Assembly: GCA_002245135.1 (NCBI GenBank) | Contig: NGBS01000303.1 | Span: forward strand, 124,001 to 179,378 | DNA: 55,378 bases | Direction: 5' to 3' | Source: Proteromonas lacertae | Lineage: Eukaryota | Shown: positions 13,389 through 27,840 of the stretch, one piece after another | Layout of the letters: the number at the start of each line of letters is the position of its first letter | Numbering within the stretch: the stretch's first letter is position 1 | The notes under the pieces: model-generated | What the model was told of the DNA's origin: nothing | The model's input: the letters and a program-made list of their open reading frames with translations, nothing else | The model's database searches: none | Translations under genes and position numbers: made by a program

Positions 13389-15468
13389 ATGATTTTAAGA
13401 TCGAACTTATATAAAAATGAAAGGTATTATAGTAATTCGGTATTTTTATACTTAAATAGTCTAATTCGAAAAGCAGTTGATAATGGTTTTGGTGATTTGA
13501 AAGTCTTAGTAGAAGGTGAAGAAGTAATAACATTAAAATTCATACTTTATTGTTGTAATAACACATTTAAACAAATATTGGATGATAAAGACTTCAAAGA
13601 TCCTTTAGAATTGTATGAAGGATGTAGCAAAGACAATTATTTGTTGTTGGAAAGGTATTATGAAGGAAATGAGATAGAAATAGATGATGAAAATTGTGTG
13701 AAAATGTTATTAATGTGTGTTTGTTACAATGAGAATGGATTAATGAGTGAAATAAAAGATTATATAATGAAAAGAATGAATGAAAATGAAAGAATAGTTG
13801 TTGAATTACTGAATGATAAGATTATGTTGGAAAATATGAATCTATATGAAATGAAAGTAAAGATGAAAGAGTATGTAAGTGTAAAGAATTATAGATTATT
13901 AAATGAAGAAATGATAAATGAGATGAATGTTTATAGTATAAAAGAAATATTTGAAAATGAAGTAATATTCAATGGAGTTAGACAAGAGTTGGATGAATTG
14001 CTTTGTAATTATATAAAAATGAATGAGAAATATATCAGCAAAGAAGAAAATAATATAATGGAAATGATAATGAAAATAGTTTCAGAAAGTGAAACAAATC
14101 ATTCAATAAAATATGTTTTAGTTCCAAAAATAGAAAATCAGAAAATATATGAATTCTTTATAGATAATTATCCAAGAGATGAAGAAGACATAGAAACAAA
14201 CAGTATATATTATTTGTGGTTATTACATAATAGAAGATGTAAAGGAAAGAATATTGAGAATAATAAAGTGCAAATGCAAAAACACAGAAAGACTTATAAG
14301 TGAAGGAAATATTGCAATAAAAATGATGATATTGTTAGTATGTTATGAATATAATAAGTATTTGAATTATGATGATGATGATGATGGATTATTAAATGTT
14401 TTATTAGATGAGTATAATCTAATCAAAATACACAATAATCAGATTAAAATGAAAAGAAAAGAAGATATTTTAAAATGTGTTTCATTGCTTATGATAAGAT
14501 GTAGTGATGTAAATAGCATACTTGATACAATCTCAAAGAAATGTGGATTAGAAATATTATATGATTACATCGAAAATGATGAAATATTGAGATTGTGCTA
14601 TTATGACATTAACAATATATATTATTATATTCATAAAAGAGGAATTGAAGATAGAGAAAATGATATAATAAATGAGATAATAAAAGATGAAACAAAAAGA
14701 AAAAGAATAAAATATCGACGAATAAAAAATGTGAAATATGAAGATAATATCAACTTATATAGAAAGTTCGTTTTAAAACCTATGGTAGATGGAGATGTCG
14801 AAGAATTCGCTTTAAAATCTAGTATTATTTCCTTCATTACTATTACCTTTATAGATTTGCCTAATGGATTATCATTCAATAAAAATAATGGAGAAATAAG
14901 TGGGGTTTTAATTCTATCATATACATGTGATATATTTATTATTTGTAAAAATATATGGAATGAATTTAAATATACATTGAGATTAAAAATAGATGATAGT
15001 ATATATTTATATCATAATTTAATAGATATACTCTTTTGCGATAATAATGATTATCAATTAAGCGATGATAAAAAAATGATCAACAGATTAGTTGATAATA
15101 AATTATCAAGATGTTTCATAAATGTTAAAATGGATAAAGGAAAATACCATTTCTTCTTTAGATATACATCAACAGATATTATTATAGGTGCTTCTACACT
15201 AAAAAATGATATATTTTGTGAAATACACCTAAATTACTCAAAATTAGATTGTACTGTTGGTAAAAAAGAGGATATAAATAGGATTACAGTTGACCCTTTC
15301 AAATGTGAAGTAATATTTGATATGAATGCAAATACATTTTCAATTGTTGATAAATATGGAGTTAATCACATCTTATTCACAGATATTCCTAACGATTTAT
15401 ATCCTTATATTATATGTTGTAAAATTCATGAAACTATAAGATTGACCAGCTGTTTGATTGGAATTTAG
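13389..15468 (+). CDS. BTB/POZ(-BACK) + He_PIG-type Ig-like + SPRY/B30.2-like protein
   Basis: BTB: FGDLKVLVEGEEVITLKFIL...YYEGNEIEIDDENCVKMLL. Ig-like: LPNGLSFNKNNGEISG. SPRY-like C-terminus: GKYHFFF...IIIG...VIFDMNANTFS...LYPYI. Intron 14203-14233 explains the frame change between the two ORFs; 14822-14854 and 14999-15025 are probable in-frame introns. Confidence 0.75.
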
Positions 15469-15620
15469 ATGAAAATAAATAAAATATTCACCACTTTTCA
15501 TATTAGTTGTGATTTTTCTTAATTTCTTTGTGTTAGTATTAAATTAATCTCACAATGCTGATACTATATGAATGACACTACAATGACATATTAAATTCTA
15601 ACCTTAGTTGATATAACTCC

Positions 15621-15743
15621 CTATATTCTATTTTGAATTTCATCTCAAGCTTTTTTCAAGCATTTTTATTTTTATTTTTCAAATAAAACAATATGAAAAG
15701 ATCTAAGAGAATAAAGAACACAAAAAATTATAAAAACAATTAA
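15621..15743 (+). pseudogene. Direct repeat, copy 2: relic of the BTB gene's 5' flank followed by a 16-codon ORF (MKRSKRIKNTKNYKNN)
   Basis: Matches 13311-13370, then reads aatATGaaaagatc, against aatATGattttaagatc at the BTB start. Confidence 0.5.
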
Positions 15744-15747
15744 CTTC

Positions 15748-18700
15748 TTAACGAATAATAAACTCTCCTAATCCAAAATTTATAGCTACAAGTAATTTAT
15801 GCTTCAACATGTCTTCATCAGGATATGGAGGTAAATCTAACTGGAAGAAGCAAGTATGAGCAACTGGTAGATAATTCAGATTTATATCTTTCAACACAAT
15901 CTTTAATGGTCTTGTCCATTGTTTTATCGGTGGTAAACGACTTCTACCCCACGTAAACCTCAAGAATTGACTTTTATCTTCATCAGATAATGAGTCTAAT
16001 ACTTTCCAGAAAGATACAATTGTAGGATGATCAGGTGTATATCCTTGATAAACAGTCTTACTTTTAAGTAAATTAATATCCAATTTATGACTTCCACACA
16101 CCAATACTTCCAATTCATTCCAAGTAAACAATTTCAATGCTCTAATGGGTATAAGTTCACTTAAACCACTCTCCATCGATTCACACGAATCGTCAAATTC
16201 ACTTAATCTCTTCTCTAATGCCATTTTAACATAATTGATTCTATCATTATACTTCACCTTTATTGCTGAGCCATTTGGTATTAATTCTTCTTCTGCATTG
16301 TTACTGTTTAAAATTGTGTAAAATAAATCACCAAATACCATATCAAATTCCTCATCTAATTCTTCTTCACTTTTTTTAGATTCATCTTCAATCTTATAAT
16401 TTTCTATACTTTCTAAAGTATTAACAAATGATTTATCAATTTCTTTCAAATCTCTTTTACCACATTTCTTACCTACTAATCTCTTCCATATAATAGAAGG
16501 AAAGAAAAAAGGTAGAAAATTACCAGTTCTAAGTGATATACCCAACAAATAACCAACAGTTTTATACATTGACATTGCTTGTAAAGAACAATGTTTAGGA
16601 TTTGGTATATATTTATCATTATTAACAGATGAGCGATTATTAGGAATTGGTATAAACAAATCAATTACATTGGAGAATAAATCACCAACACATCTTTCTA
16701 GTGTTTCACGATATAAACCACCCCAATCTAAACCTTCTTCTTTATTGAATATTACACCAAACAAAATACCTTTATTAGTTAAAGGACATCTTAAATATTT
16801 AATTTCAAATTCTTTCATTGCATTGTGGAATTGAATGAATAAACATTCACTGTTTAATATGTCTAATGGATGCTTTAATCTTTGTGCTTTTTCTAGACTT
16901 ATAAAAGCTTTGTGATTATCTAATAATATTTTCATATGCGATTCATCAAAAGGTCTTTCTATTTCTGTTTCTTTAATACATTTATCTAAACACTTTTCTT
17001 TTACTCTTTGAAAGATGAGATAAGAGATTGAACATAACTTATAACCTAATGTTGTATCGTTACAAGAATTCATTATATCTATTAAGTTAATTACATGATT
17101 CAATTCATAGTTGTATATGTAAATCAAAGCAAATCTTAATTGCAATGATGTTTTTGATTTGTTTGTCAGTAATTGATATCTTGTTTCATCATCTGCTGTA
17201 AGTGATAATTCATAAGGCAAAACTTTGAAATGATCTTTATTCTATGGATATAATAAATAACAAATAATATATATATACATATTTTTTACTAATCCAATTT
17301 AATAGTGTTCTATCACTTTCATAATTCCATTCTTTCATTAATAAATAATTACTCATTATATCTTCATAAACTAATGAAAGACGACATAATTTATGAGCTT
17401 CAATAAACAACAGTGGAGGAATATCATAATATGATTCATCACTATTATCAATATAAGAATATATATATATATATACTAATTTGGATCAATACTTCTGTTG
17501 TATATTGTTTTAGTGAAAGACATTATAGTCAAAATACATTCATTAATAGGTGGTGGTTCTATTAAGTGATTAAAATAGGATAAAAAAATATACTTAAAAC
17601 AAATCGATGTAAATCAGATTCATCTAAATATTTAGATGCCATTGTTATATATAATTGAATATTATCTTTTTTCAATCTTTCAGTCTTATTATGTAAGACA
17701 TTTGTAGCTTCAGTAATACTTGCTACCAATTCAATCATTTGTAAAAGCAATAATGGCTGTTCTTTTGCTGCATCATCATCAATCTTTTCACAATAATCGA
17801 ATAATACTTTTGGAACTGTCTTTAATTCACTTCTATAAACACAATAACAATGTATTATAAATACAAGAAATCTGGTGGTTTTTTAGAATCTTCAATGAAT
17901 AATTGTGGATCTTTTAGTAATAAACTAATTATATTGTATAAAAAATACTAAATATATATAAATATACTTTATTAATTCAATAATTTTCCCTTTATATGGA
18001 ATTCCTTTAGACATTAAATACATCAATAATGACTTATACACTTGCATATTATACAGATTCTTTCCTAAATTAATCGATTGATTTGTAATACAATAATTCA
18101 TCAAGAAACAAGTCCATTCAATACAACCATGTGATAATACATTTGATTCTGATTTCATTGCTAATTTCATTATTGGATAAACAAAGAAATGATATCCCCA
18201 AGCTGTTCCTAATTGATCTTCAATATCACTTTCAAATGAATAGTAGACTACATCTTTATTCACTATGAGAGGTAAGAAATTCTTTCCTGTATATTCACAT
18301 AACTTTTCTCTTGATTTATTATCCTATAAATTATATATATATGTATATATATACTCTATAAAATGTCAATTTTGTTCCTTCTTTCAATTCACATTTACTA
18401 TGAAATATAATCCACAACCCATTTGATCCAGGAATCGATATTTTCTCTTCATAGAAACATTTATTCACATAAGGATGTAATGAACTCTTGGATATTACAT
18501 GTTCTGTAAGCGAATCATTATTCTCAATCTGAGGCTTTAACGACATTGATAAACATTTTAATAAACTATCAATAAATGCCTATAAATAATAATGATAATA
18601 AACTATATAATATATATACATCTAACAGTGCTTTGCCATTAATACTTCTATTCATTACAATATATAATATCTTATTAATAACCAACATTAATCTACCTTG

Positions 18701-21700
18701 CAAACAATTACGATGAATATTACTTTCATACAAATTTTCACTACTAATTAACAATAAGAAATAATTAACAGCATCATATGGATTATCAATTTGTAATACA
18801 TTATTCTCTTCACTTGACATTAATAAAATCATTAATAAGAATATTCTCATATGATGTATAAACAATGTATGATTATATTGTAATAATAAACCATATATTT
18901 CATTTATATCTGTCAAATCATAACCTGCCCATTTATCATGTACTTTAATATGAACAAAATCCATTGGAATAATATTATACAAACCAGTTTCTAATGACAA
19001 GTTAATAACTTCATGAATATTTTCATTCAATTTGATATATATCCCAGTCTTACCAATCAATCTTCTTGTCGCACCAATTTCACTAGTTTCAGTTACAAGT
19101 AATCCTCTAACCAATGGAATTGAAGTATTAACTGAATGATCTGTTGGACAAGTTGAACCACACATAATACATTGAGGAATTTCATTTCTATTGATGAATG
19201 TACAAGCTGGACATGACCAAGTATTACTATCTGAATTATCTTTTACACTTATTAATGTACATTCACTGAGTAATGGATTATTATTACTATTATTATTGGC
19301 TAAATCATTATCATTCAGTAGTTTTGATGTTTTTTCACCATTGATTTCGTAGAGAATGTCATTATCATTGGATGGAACTATAATAATATAAATGATAAAG
19401 AAATAAATACTTTCCCAATTAGAATCATATTTTTCACTTTTCATCTTAATATCTTCATTACATCCATCTTTATATAAATCACCATGATCATATATAAATG
19501 CAATTGATGTTTCTACTGTTTTACATATTTGAAATACTTTCTCACAAAATGCATGTGATTGTGATGTTATTGAAGCAATTTGATTCACATCCTTCAAGCC
19601 TTGGTTTGACAAATCACTAGAAATGAGATAATTGGAGGAAGATTCACTATTTAGCCAACTGATTGCAACATTTTTATCATCATTCGCTTGTTGCAAAGCA
19701 ATTTCACATAAATTAGTGTTATATCCCAACTTCGATAATTCTCTAGCTACTTTTCTTCTCTCTTTTATAACTAATGCTGATTCTGTATTATACAATCTAA
19801 TTCCTGAAGCAAAATCATGAATATGATAATATAACGAATCTATTTTAAATATTAATTCTTGAGTTTCAATTAGATTAGGTAAAGAAGAAAGATTTAATGA
19901 ATACTTCAATATATCTTCCATTAGATTCGAGTGTTTTATCAACTCCATATTCTCTGTATTTAAACATAACCCTAACAATGATAAAACAGCTGAATCCATC
20001 ATATAAACATATAACATCTGATAATGAGGAGATGAAGGTGTATCAAATTTAAAAGTCTCTGATGTTTTATTACACAACTCAATTCCTAATTTAAACATCG
20101 ATTTATAAACATCAATTAGTTGTTGGTTTAATACTAATAACTTTGGATCAAATACAATCTCTTGAACTGGTAATATCTGTTCAATATTCACTTTCTCAGC
20201 TTTTGTACTACCATTAAACAAAACTAATGGTTCTTTATCACCAATATGATATCTAATGATAATACCAACATCTTTGGAGTTATAAATTGATGAATAGATT
20301 GATAGAGGATGTGATACTTCTAATACATTAGATGTTGAACGAATTTCAATCTTTCCACCTGTTCTAATTACGTCTCTATTTCCACCAACAATCAGCATAT
20401 TAACGAAGAATAATCTTGCATCAGGATTATCATATAAATGTTCTAAATCTTCTAGATTACTGAAGATTAATGGATTGATTAACAAATATTCTTGTATTAT
20501 TGGAACTAATACAGATCTCCATCTTGTTGTCTATATAAAAAGAATAATGATTATATATATATATATATATACTAATAACAAATGTCTAATTAGAAATATC
20601 AATTCGCATCGATATGATCTAATAGATAATCCACAACCATAACCACATGGATTAGTTATATTATATCTATTACTATTCATTGATTTAGATATATCATCAT
20701 GTATCTTACTTGGTTCACTTAACGTATTCCATATTTGATCCAATAGAAACAAGAATAACATATTACTCTGATGATTTGGTGATGTATATTGAGGTAAAGT
20801 GATATTATTCTTTACTAACAACTTATGAACTGCTTGTGGAGTTGTATATGGTAATAATTGACGAAATACTCTACAGATTAATCTTCTTCCTCTGCAACTT
20901 GAAAAACTAATTAAAAGTATATAATAATAATAAATACTTTAATAATTTCAATAACAATGGTAAATAATCATCATACGGCAATGATTCTCTTTCTCTATTT
21001 TCAGTGATTATTATAAGACATATTAAAACATCACATAATCTTTCTTCAACATGAGCTAATGCTTGAATTCTTGATTCTTTTTCTACATTGTAATTACGAA
21101 TTGTTTCTAAGAATGTTGAGACATTTTTCAATTCTAAATAGAGTATAGAAATTATCTTTTGTTTTAATAATGACAGTTTTGGATCTCTTGCATTGTATAA
21201 GTGATATAAAGAATCCCAACTCGTCATTTTAATTATATTATTATCACTCATTGAATCAGTATCTACATAGTCAGACAATACATTTTGAGCTATAAAAATA
21301 CAATATAATAATAATAATAATAATATATACATTGTCTTAAATTCTCAGTTCCACTATTAAAACAAGCTAATGTAATGTATAAGAAAGTAATCCAAGTTGA
21401 TTGATGGAATTTAAAACCAACTGATTCACACCTTTGATTCACATATTCTATTAAACTATACAAATATATAAAGAACAAAAAATACTCATTTGCATCATTC
21501 CAATTGATTTTTTCAGTTCCAGTCAAAAGAAATGATTCTTTTAATGAAGAAAGAAAGTTTGTAGTAACCATAAAACCAAAATCTCTAGGATGATAATCTA
21601 AAGTTAAAGATAAAGAAATCATATTTCCCAAATCAATTTCATCCTTCTTCACAGTAGTTTTCAATAATCTCGCTAATTCCAACTCAATCTTTGTAAAAAC

Positions 21701-24700
21701 AGTAAATAATTCTGTTTGTTGAGCTTTAGAAATACCTTCTAATGATTTATTATAATGATGTCTCACCTCTGTTAAGTCAACTTCACCTGAATCTACTGCT
21801 GTATAAGAACACCAATCAACTCTGCCTTGTAGAGATGGCCAATAAGGTATTAAACTAGATTGAAGAATACCATGCAATTTTATATTCTTTATTATTTCTA
21901 TTATACATTTTAAACCTCTTAATCTTAGTTTGAATCTATCTTCTCTTATCTTTAAGGTTTTATTCATTGTAGAAACTGGGATTTCTTGACTCTATGTTAA
22001 TAAATATAAAAAGTAAAGAAATATACTTGTTTAAGATAAGATAATACATCACGACAAATGGCTGTAATTACAATACTATTATCATTATCTATATTCATCA
22101 CTTTTTCTATTTCTTTAATTGGACTGTCTATTGATAAACTAATACTACTATAATTCAAACTATAAATAATAAAAGAATGTTCAACAATGAATATACTTAT
22201 CTGAACTAGCTGATGTAAAAATAGGAAAATCAGATAATGAATGTGTTTCTACTTTTGGTGTCATTGATTTAATCTCTTCTTCTGAGAATATATTACCTGC
22301 AATGAATGAAGTATCTGGTTTCTTTAATGTTAATAGAAAAGATAAGCAATTTATCATCTAAATAAAGATTAAGTGATATATAGTATATATACATATGTTA
22401 CACATTCTTCATAGGGTGTTATTCCCATATACATATCATCAATATTATCAATACTACTTCTCTCATCTGTTATAATCTTCTTCTTTTGTGTTTGATCAGC
22501 AGCTAATTATCAATATATATATATATTATAATAATTAAAAATAATACGCATTTCAGTAGTTGGTATTATTGAAGAAGCATTCTTTTTCATTCTAATATAC
22601 TCTTTCAAATCTAATAATGAGTTAAATAAAACAATTAATTCTGAAGAAGGAGTATGTTTACTTGAATGATGTTCTGAATGGCTTATTTCTTTCACTATTT
22701 GATAAGCTTCGCCCCACAAATCACATTGTTTTAATAACACAGCCAAATATGGATATTCAATCTCTGGTGTTGGTTTTAACATCATTAATGGACTAGATTT
22801 CATATGAGGTTTCATGTAATCAATTAATAATACAGTGATATTGTCTTTATTTACTTTTATATTCTCTAAAAATTCATTTTCCATTTTCTTATTACTAAGT
22901 ATCAATACATCATTATTTTCATCTCCATATTCATCATCATTTGAGTCTTTCTCTGATTCTATTCCTCCACTAAACACAATAGATTTCAATATTTTACCAA
23001 CTTTCTCTTCTTCTTCACTTTCAGACAATCCTTCAATAATCTTACAACATGTTTTAGAGGTCAAATAACTCAACATCAACTCTAAATCCCATATCCAAAA
23101 TGTATGAGTATCTCTTCTTTTACTTTCATTCATTTTCTTATCAAAATCTTTTACTACATTACACAATCTATTGAATTGATCCAAAGCAATTGTACATTTT
23201 ATCAATATATCCACCATCTTTTCACATACCCACAAATTATCCAAATATTCTCTTAATCCAATTATTAATAATACCAATAATGACCCGATTACAGAATGTG
23301 ACAAGGCATTAATCATATTATTCTCTTTTATTCCTCTTTCTGAAGCAGTTAAACTATCAGGTAAACTACTTATTATTGTAGAAGCTTCTTCTAGATGATC
23401 TATTGATGATTGTAGTAAAGAAGTTGCATAATAAATCAGTGGATTTCCTCTCTCTTTATTCTCTGTATCTTTGAGTGTAAATACTAATAAATAGATTTGA
23501 TAAATGTGTAAAACAGTTTGACGAACTCTTGCACCTCCATTTGGATATTCCATAAAACCAGGAACATCTTTACTTTTCTCACAATTTCTAAGGAAATATT
23601 GAAAATCACTAGAAGCTACTAACAATAATCGATCCATTAAATCAGTATTGAATTCAAACGTATTTTCTTGAGGTAATAATGATTTCAATTGATTTGGTTG
23701 GATTAATTCTCTATTTCCTGGAACACCAATTACTAAACGATCAGTTTTACTAAATGCATCTACCCATTCTTCCCATGTCGCATAGCTTGGGTTGTACAAA
23801 CCTTTTCTGGATTTATAATCTGGATGATTAGTTGGATTTACACTATAAAAATAATGATTATTGATAATATACAGTTTTACATCATATGCATTTTCTGCTC
23901 CATATCTATACACATTCATCTGTCCAGATTGCCATCTAATTCTTGCACCTTTGTTTAATTCAGTTTTCCACGATTTTACTTCAATTACTATTCCTACACC
24001 ACCTATACCACCATCTTGATCTTCCCATTTCCAATCTGGACCTCTCTTAACTAACATTCCTGGTTCTAAGGGTAAATAAATCACTATATTATAATAAATA
24101 AATAAAAATAAGTTATATATACATCCTGATTCTTCTTTCCTTATGTCATACAGTGGACAAAACACTAAATGAGGGTCATGACTGCAAATACACTCACTTT
24201 CTCGATCTGTTGGTGCTACTTGTAATGTTTTATTTGCTTTTTGTGCTTCCCATAATATCTTATATATATGATGTAACAAAACTGTTCTTTGTTCTATAAA
24301 CCTAATATCCTCAGAATTAACTCTTGTTATTGATAATAAACTCTATATATTATCGACATAATAATTTATACTTGGAAGCAATAACGACGAACATCGTGGT
24401 ATGTATATACACTAGGATTACCTAAAACTAAAATCACTTTCATATAATCAATATTGTGCTTCCCTAAATATATTTAATAGTATATCATAAATTCATAATA
24501 TCTATACATTTTTCTAATACTTTTCTTTCAACAATTATGTTATCACATTTTAAAACAGCTGTTGGATCACGTAACAATGGTATTACGAATTTAGGGTTAT
24601 TTAAATTATTTAATACATGTTCAATAAATGAAGCTTCATATCTTAGCTAATTCCGAAGATAAAATCAAAATTAATATACTCTATACCAAGCTTCTCCACC

Positions 24701-24742
24701 AACATCCGATCTAATTGCTTCTCTATAATCGCTTGATGTCAT
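15748..24742 (-). CDS. Giant HECT E3 ubiquitin ligase (HECTD4/HERC2-like) with MIB/HERC2, UBA, RanBP2-type zinc finger and CUB-like domains
   Basis: HECT: DWGGLYRE...FLRFTWGRSRLP...LPVAHTCFFQLDLPPY (catalytic Cys). MIB/HERC2: VKRGPDWKWEDQDGG...VYRYG. Zinc finger: WSCPACTFIN...CIMCG. UBA: LSKLGY...CEIALQQAN. CUB-like: SLHPY...WGYHF. Many short introns, not all traced; start codon approximate. Confidence 0.85.
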
Positions 24743-24813
24743 ATACTGTCTATAAAAAAGAAAGAAAAAAAGAATGAAAATGAAACCACTCTATTTTTTG
24801 AACAACAAATAAA

Positions 24814-26017
24814 ATGGACGATGATGGTAGAAATGAAAAGTAAAAATATATTTTTGTTAAATTATAGATACAAATGCATGTGTAAAACAAATGAACCACA
24901 TAATAAGCCATTATATGGATTAGCTTTCTGTAATCTGTTTCAATTTAAAGATTACTGTGCTATTTGTGGATCTTATTATTTAACAATGTATGTATATGTT
25001 AATTTATTGTTAATAGATATAAATTAAGCCAAAAAATGGAAATAGTACAGAGGTACTGTGAAAATAATCATCATGAAGATTATTACTGTTGTACATGGGG
25101 ATTATTAACAGAAAATTCTCATCCAATTGTCGCTGCAGGTGGTTCCTTAGGAATCATTAGAATATTTGATATAAGTGAAGGGAAAAGCCATTGTATATTG
25201 CAAGGACATGGTTGTGAAGTAAATAGTTTGAAATTTCATCCAGCTAATGACGATATTCTTTTTTCTGTATGACATAATACCCTATATATTACTAGATGGC
25301 TAGTGATGATATGATTAGAATGTGGAATGTAAGAAAGCAATGCACAATATGTTGTTTCGAAGGTCATTTACATCAAGTGTTAGATGGCGATATACATGGA
25401 CTTGGTCATTCATTTGCTAGTGGAGGAATCGATAATACAATAAGAATATGGGATTTAACCAGCAAACAAGTAATCTCAGCAATAGAATTCTCATATGTAT
25501 GAATATTCTCTATATAATCATAATAGAAACATTCTGATACTGATTTAGAGCATAATCCTATTATAATAAACAAACCATTCTTTTCAACTAATAAAATCCA
25601 TTCAAATTATGTAGATTGTGTAAGATGGGCTGGTGATTTATTACTTTCAAAATCAACAGTGAATGAAGTATATTTTAATTTGTCATATATAACAATTAGA
25701 TTGTGTTATGGAAGCCAGCTCCAGAATTTGGTAATGATAATGTGATAATCTTGAGAAAATACACTTACCAATATGCTGATTTATGGTTCATAAGGTTTGA
25801 TGTTGATTATAGTATTCAGAAAATAATTACAGGGAATAAGAGAGGTGAAATATATATCTGGGATATTGATTCTTCGCAACAATTATGCCATTATAAATTG
25901 ACAAGATGTAAATCAACTGTAAGATCTGTTTGCTTCAGTCTTACAGGGAAACATTTTGTAGCTATTTGTGAAGATGGTTCAGTTTGGAGATTCGACAGTA
26001 CTGAGATTATTAATTAG
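24814..26017 (+). CDS. EED: Polycomb PRC2 WD40 subunit EED/ESC/FIE
   Basis: Spliced product has [63 protein letters not shown] and [10 protein letters not shown], all characteristic of EED/FIE. Confidence 0.92.
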
Positions 26018-26081
26018 TTTTTTATTATTATTAAGTAATGTTTATTTAAATATCTTTTCCTGTATTACTTATATAATTATT

Positions 26082-26772
26082 TCATTCTTCAATTTCTACT
26101 AAATCAATCCACTTTGACACTCTTTCTACAACTGTCTGTAACTTTTCTTTTTGTTCTTCATCTTCTAGATTTATTTCATCATCATCTATCATATGATCTT
26201 CGACAGTATTCTTCAAATCTGAAATGTTATCTCTTAATGTATTATTTTTATTCTTAATTTCGTCAAAAATTATCTAATAATAATATATACCATCTATTTA
26301 ATATTTATACTCTCAAATCTTCTATTGATTCATCTGAACTACTGTTTTTGTTCTTCAGTTGATTTTTATATGATATATAACGTTCTGTCATTGCATTCAT
26401 TGTTTCAACTTCAGTTTTATAAGATGCCTACTTCATAATAAAGAAAATACCATTTTCTCTTCTATTTCTTTCCTTTAATTCGTTTATTTCTTCTTCTTTT
26501 GACTATTAATACTATGCATTGATAAATATACATTCAATTTTAATTTTAAATCATTAATATCATTCTCTTGACCTTCAGTGGATTGATCTTGATCTTTAAT
26601 TTTCTATAATGTATCATAAAATATTTTATTACATTTATTTGGTCAACTGTGTTATTGAGCTTGTTAATGTCTCTAAAAGTTTTATCCTACTAATTAAATA
26701 CTTTTTAACATTTTCTATCGTTTCTTTTATTATTTGATACTGAGTTTGTTTATTATCTTGATTATCTGACAT
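26082..26772 (-). CDS. Small coiled-coil protein of unknown function (absent from the ORF track)
   Basis: ATG at 26772, five GT-AG introns, E/K/N-rich heptad-like sequence, TGA at 26082-26084. Needs one 1-nt correction near 26470. Confidence 0.6.
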
Positions 26773-27032
26773 AGAAAATTGAGATTTTTATAATTTGGGG
26801 TAATATTTTTTGAAGAAATTTCCAAACCCCTTATAATTTAAAACAAGAATATTTCAATAAAGGTAATATTATATTCTTTATTGTTATGAAATAGTGTTTC
26901 TTTATGCAGAAAATACTTCGAATTTTTAGTTTTAGAGATAAATTGCTATTACAATCATAATTGAAATATTATAAGTATATTGTATAATAAAAATAGAGAG
27001 AAATACAATAATATTTTGATTAATATTTTAAT

Positions 27033-27744
27033 TTATCTATAGGGAGCATCAGCTGCAATCATTGCACATAATAATGGTTCCCACTTATCACCGTTTCTTA
27101 ATAACTTCTGTTTATCATATAATAATTCTTCGTGACTTTCTACACTGAATTCTACATTTGGAGATTCAACTATAGCATCAACTGGACAAGCTTCTTGACA
27201 TAAACCACAATAAATACATTTTGCTGTATCCAAGTCATAACGAGTTGTACGTCTAGATCCATCAGCTCTAGATTCTGCATCAATTTGGATTACTTCAGCT
27301 GGACATATTGCTTCACATAATTTACAAGCAATACAACGTTCTTCTCCGCTTGGATAACGTCTTAAGCAATGTTCTCCTCGAAAACGAGGTGAAGCAAAGT
27401 TCTTCTCAAAAGGAATTTGAATAGTGAAACGATCTCGACACATACTTTCAAAACACATAAACAAACCTCTGATTAATTCAGTGCCAAATAATACCATACT
27501 AGAACGGTCCAAAACTATATAAATGAGAATATAAATTGTAGAATCTATACTTTCTTTCCATGAAGTATTTGGATCAATTCTATTACCATCTAGTAATGGT
27601 TCTAGAAGATATAATGGAATATTAACATACTTGTTGGTTGAAAAGCAGAAAACTGTCTACTATATTGTGTCACTTTGCTCAATTGTCTAGTACGAAGACT
27701 ATACCTAAATAAAAATGCTAATTATACGTAAGACGGCCTAGCAT
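27033..27744 (-). CDS. NDUFS8: Complex I 23-kDa Fe-S subunit (TYKY/NuoI) with a mitochondrial-type presequence
   Basis: Two 4Fe-4S motifs: [12 protein letters not shown] and [12 protein letters not shown]; also SPRFRGEH. Three 5' introns give an Arg/Ser-rich, acid-free leader [24 protein letters not shown]. Confidence 0.95.
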
Positions 27745-27840
27745 CGATGAAAATTAAAAAAACAATCTTGAAGTTTTCTGGTTATTAAAACATTAATTGG
27801 GTGTATGAAAAAATAGAGAATTTAAATTTTCAATTTTGAG

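Noticed and set aside
14203..14303. Apparent frameshift between the two BTB ORFs
   Set aside because: Explained by the 31-nt intron at 14203-14233.
13311..15680. LTR retroelement suggested by the flanking direct repeats
   Set aside because: No TG...CA ends, primer-binding site, target-site duplication or gag/pol; the enclosed gene has introns.
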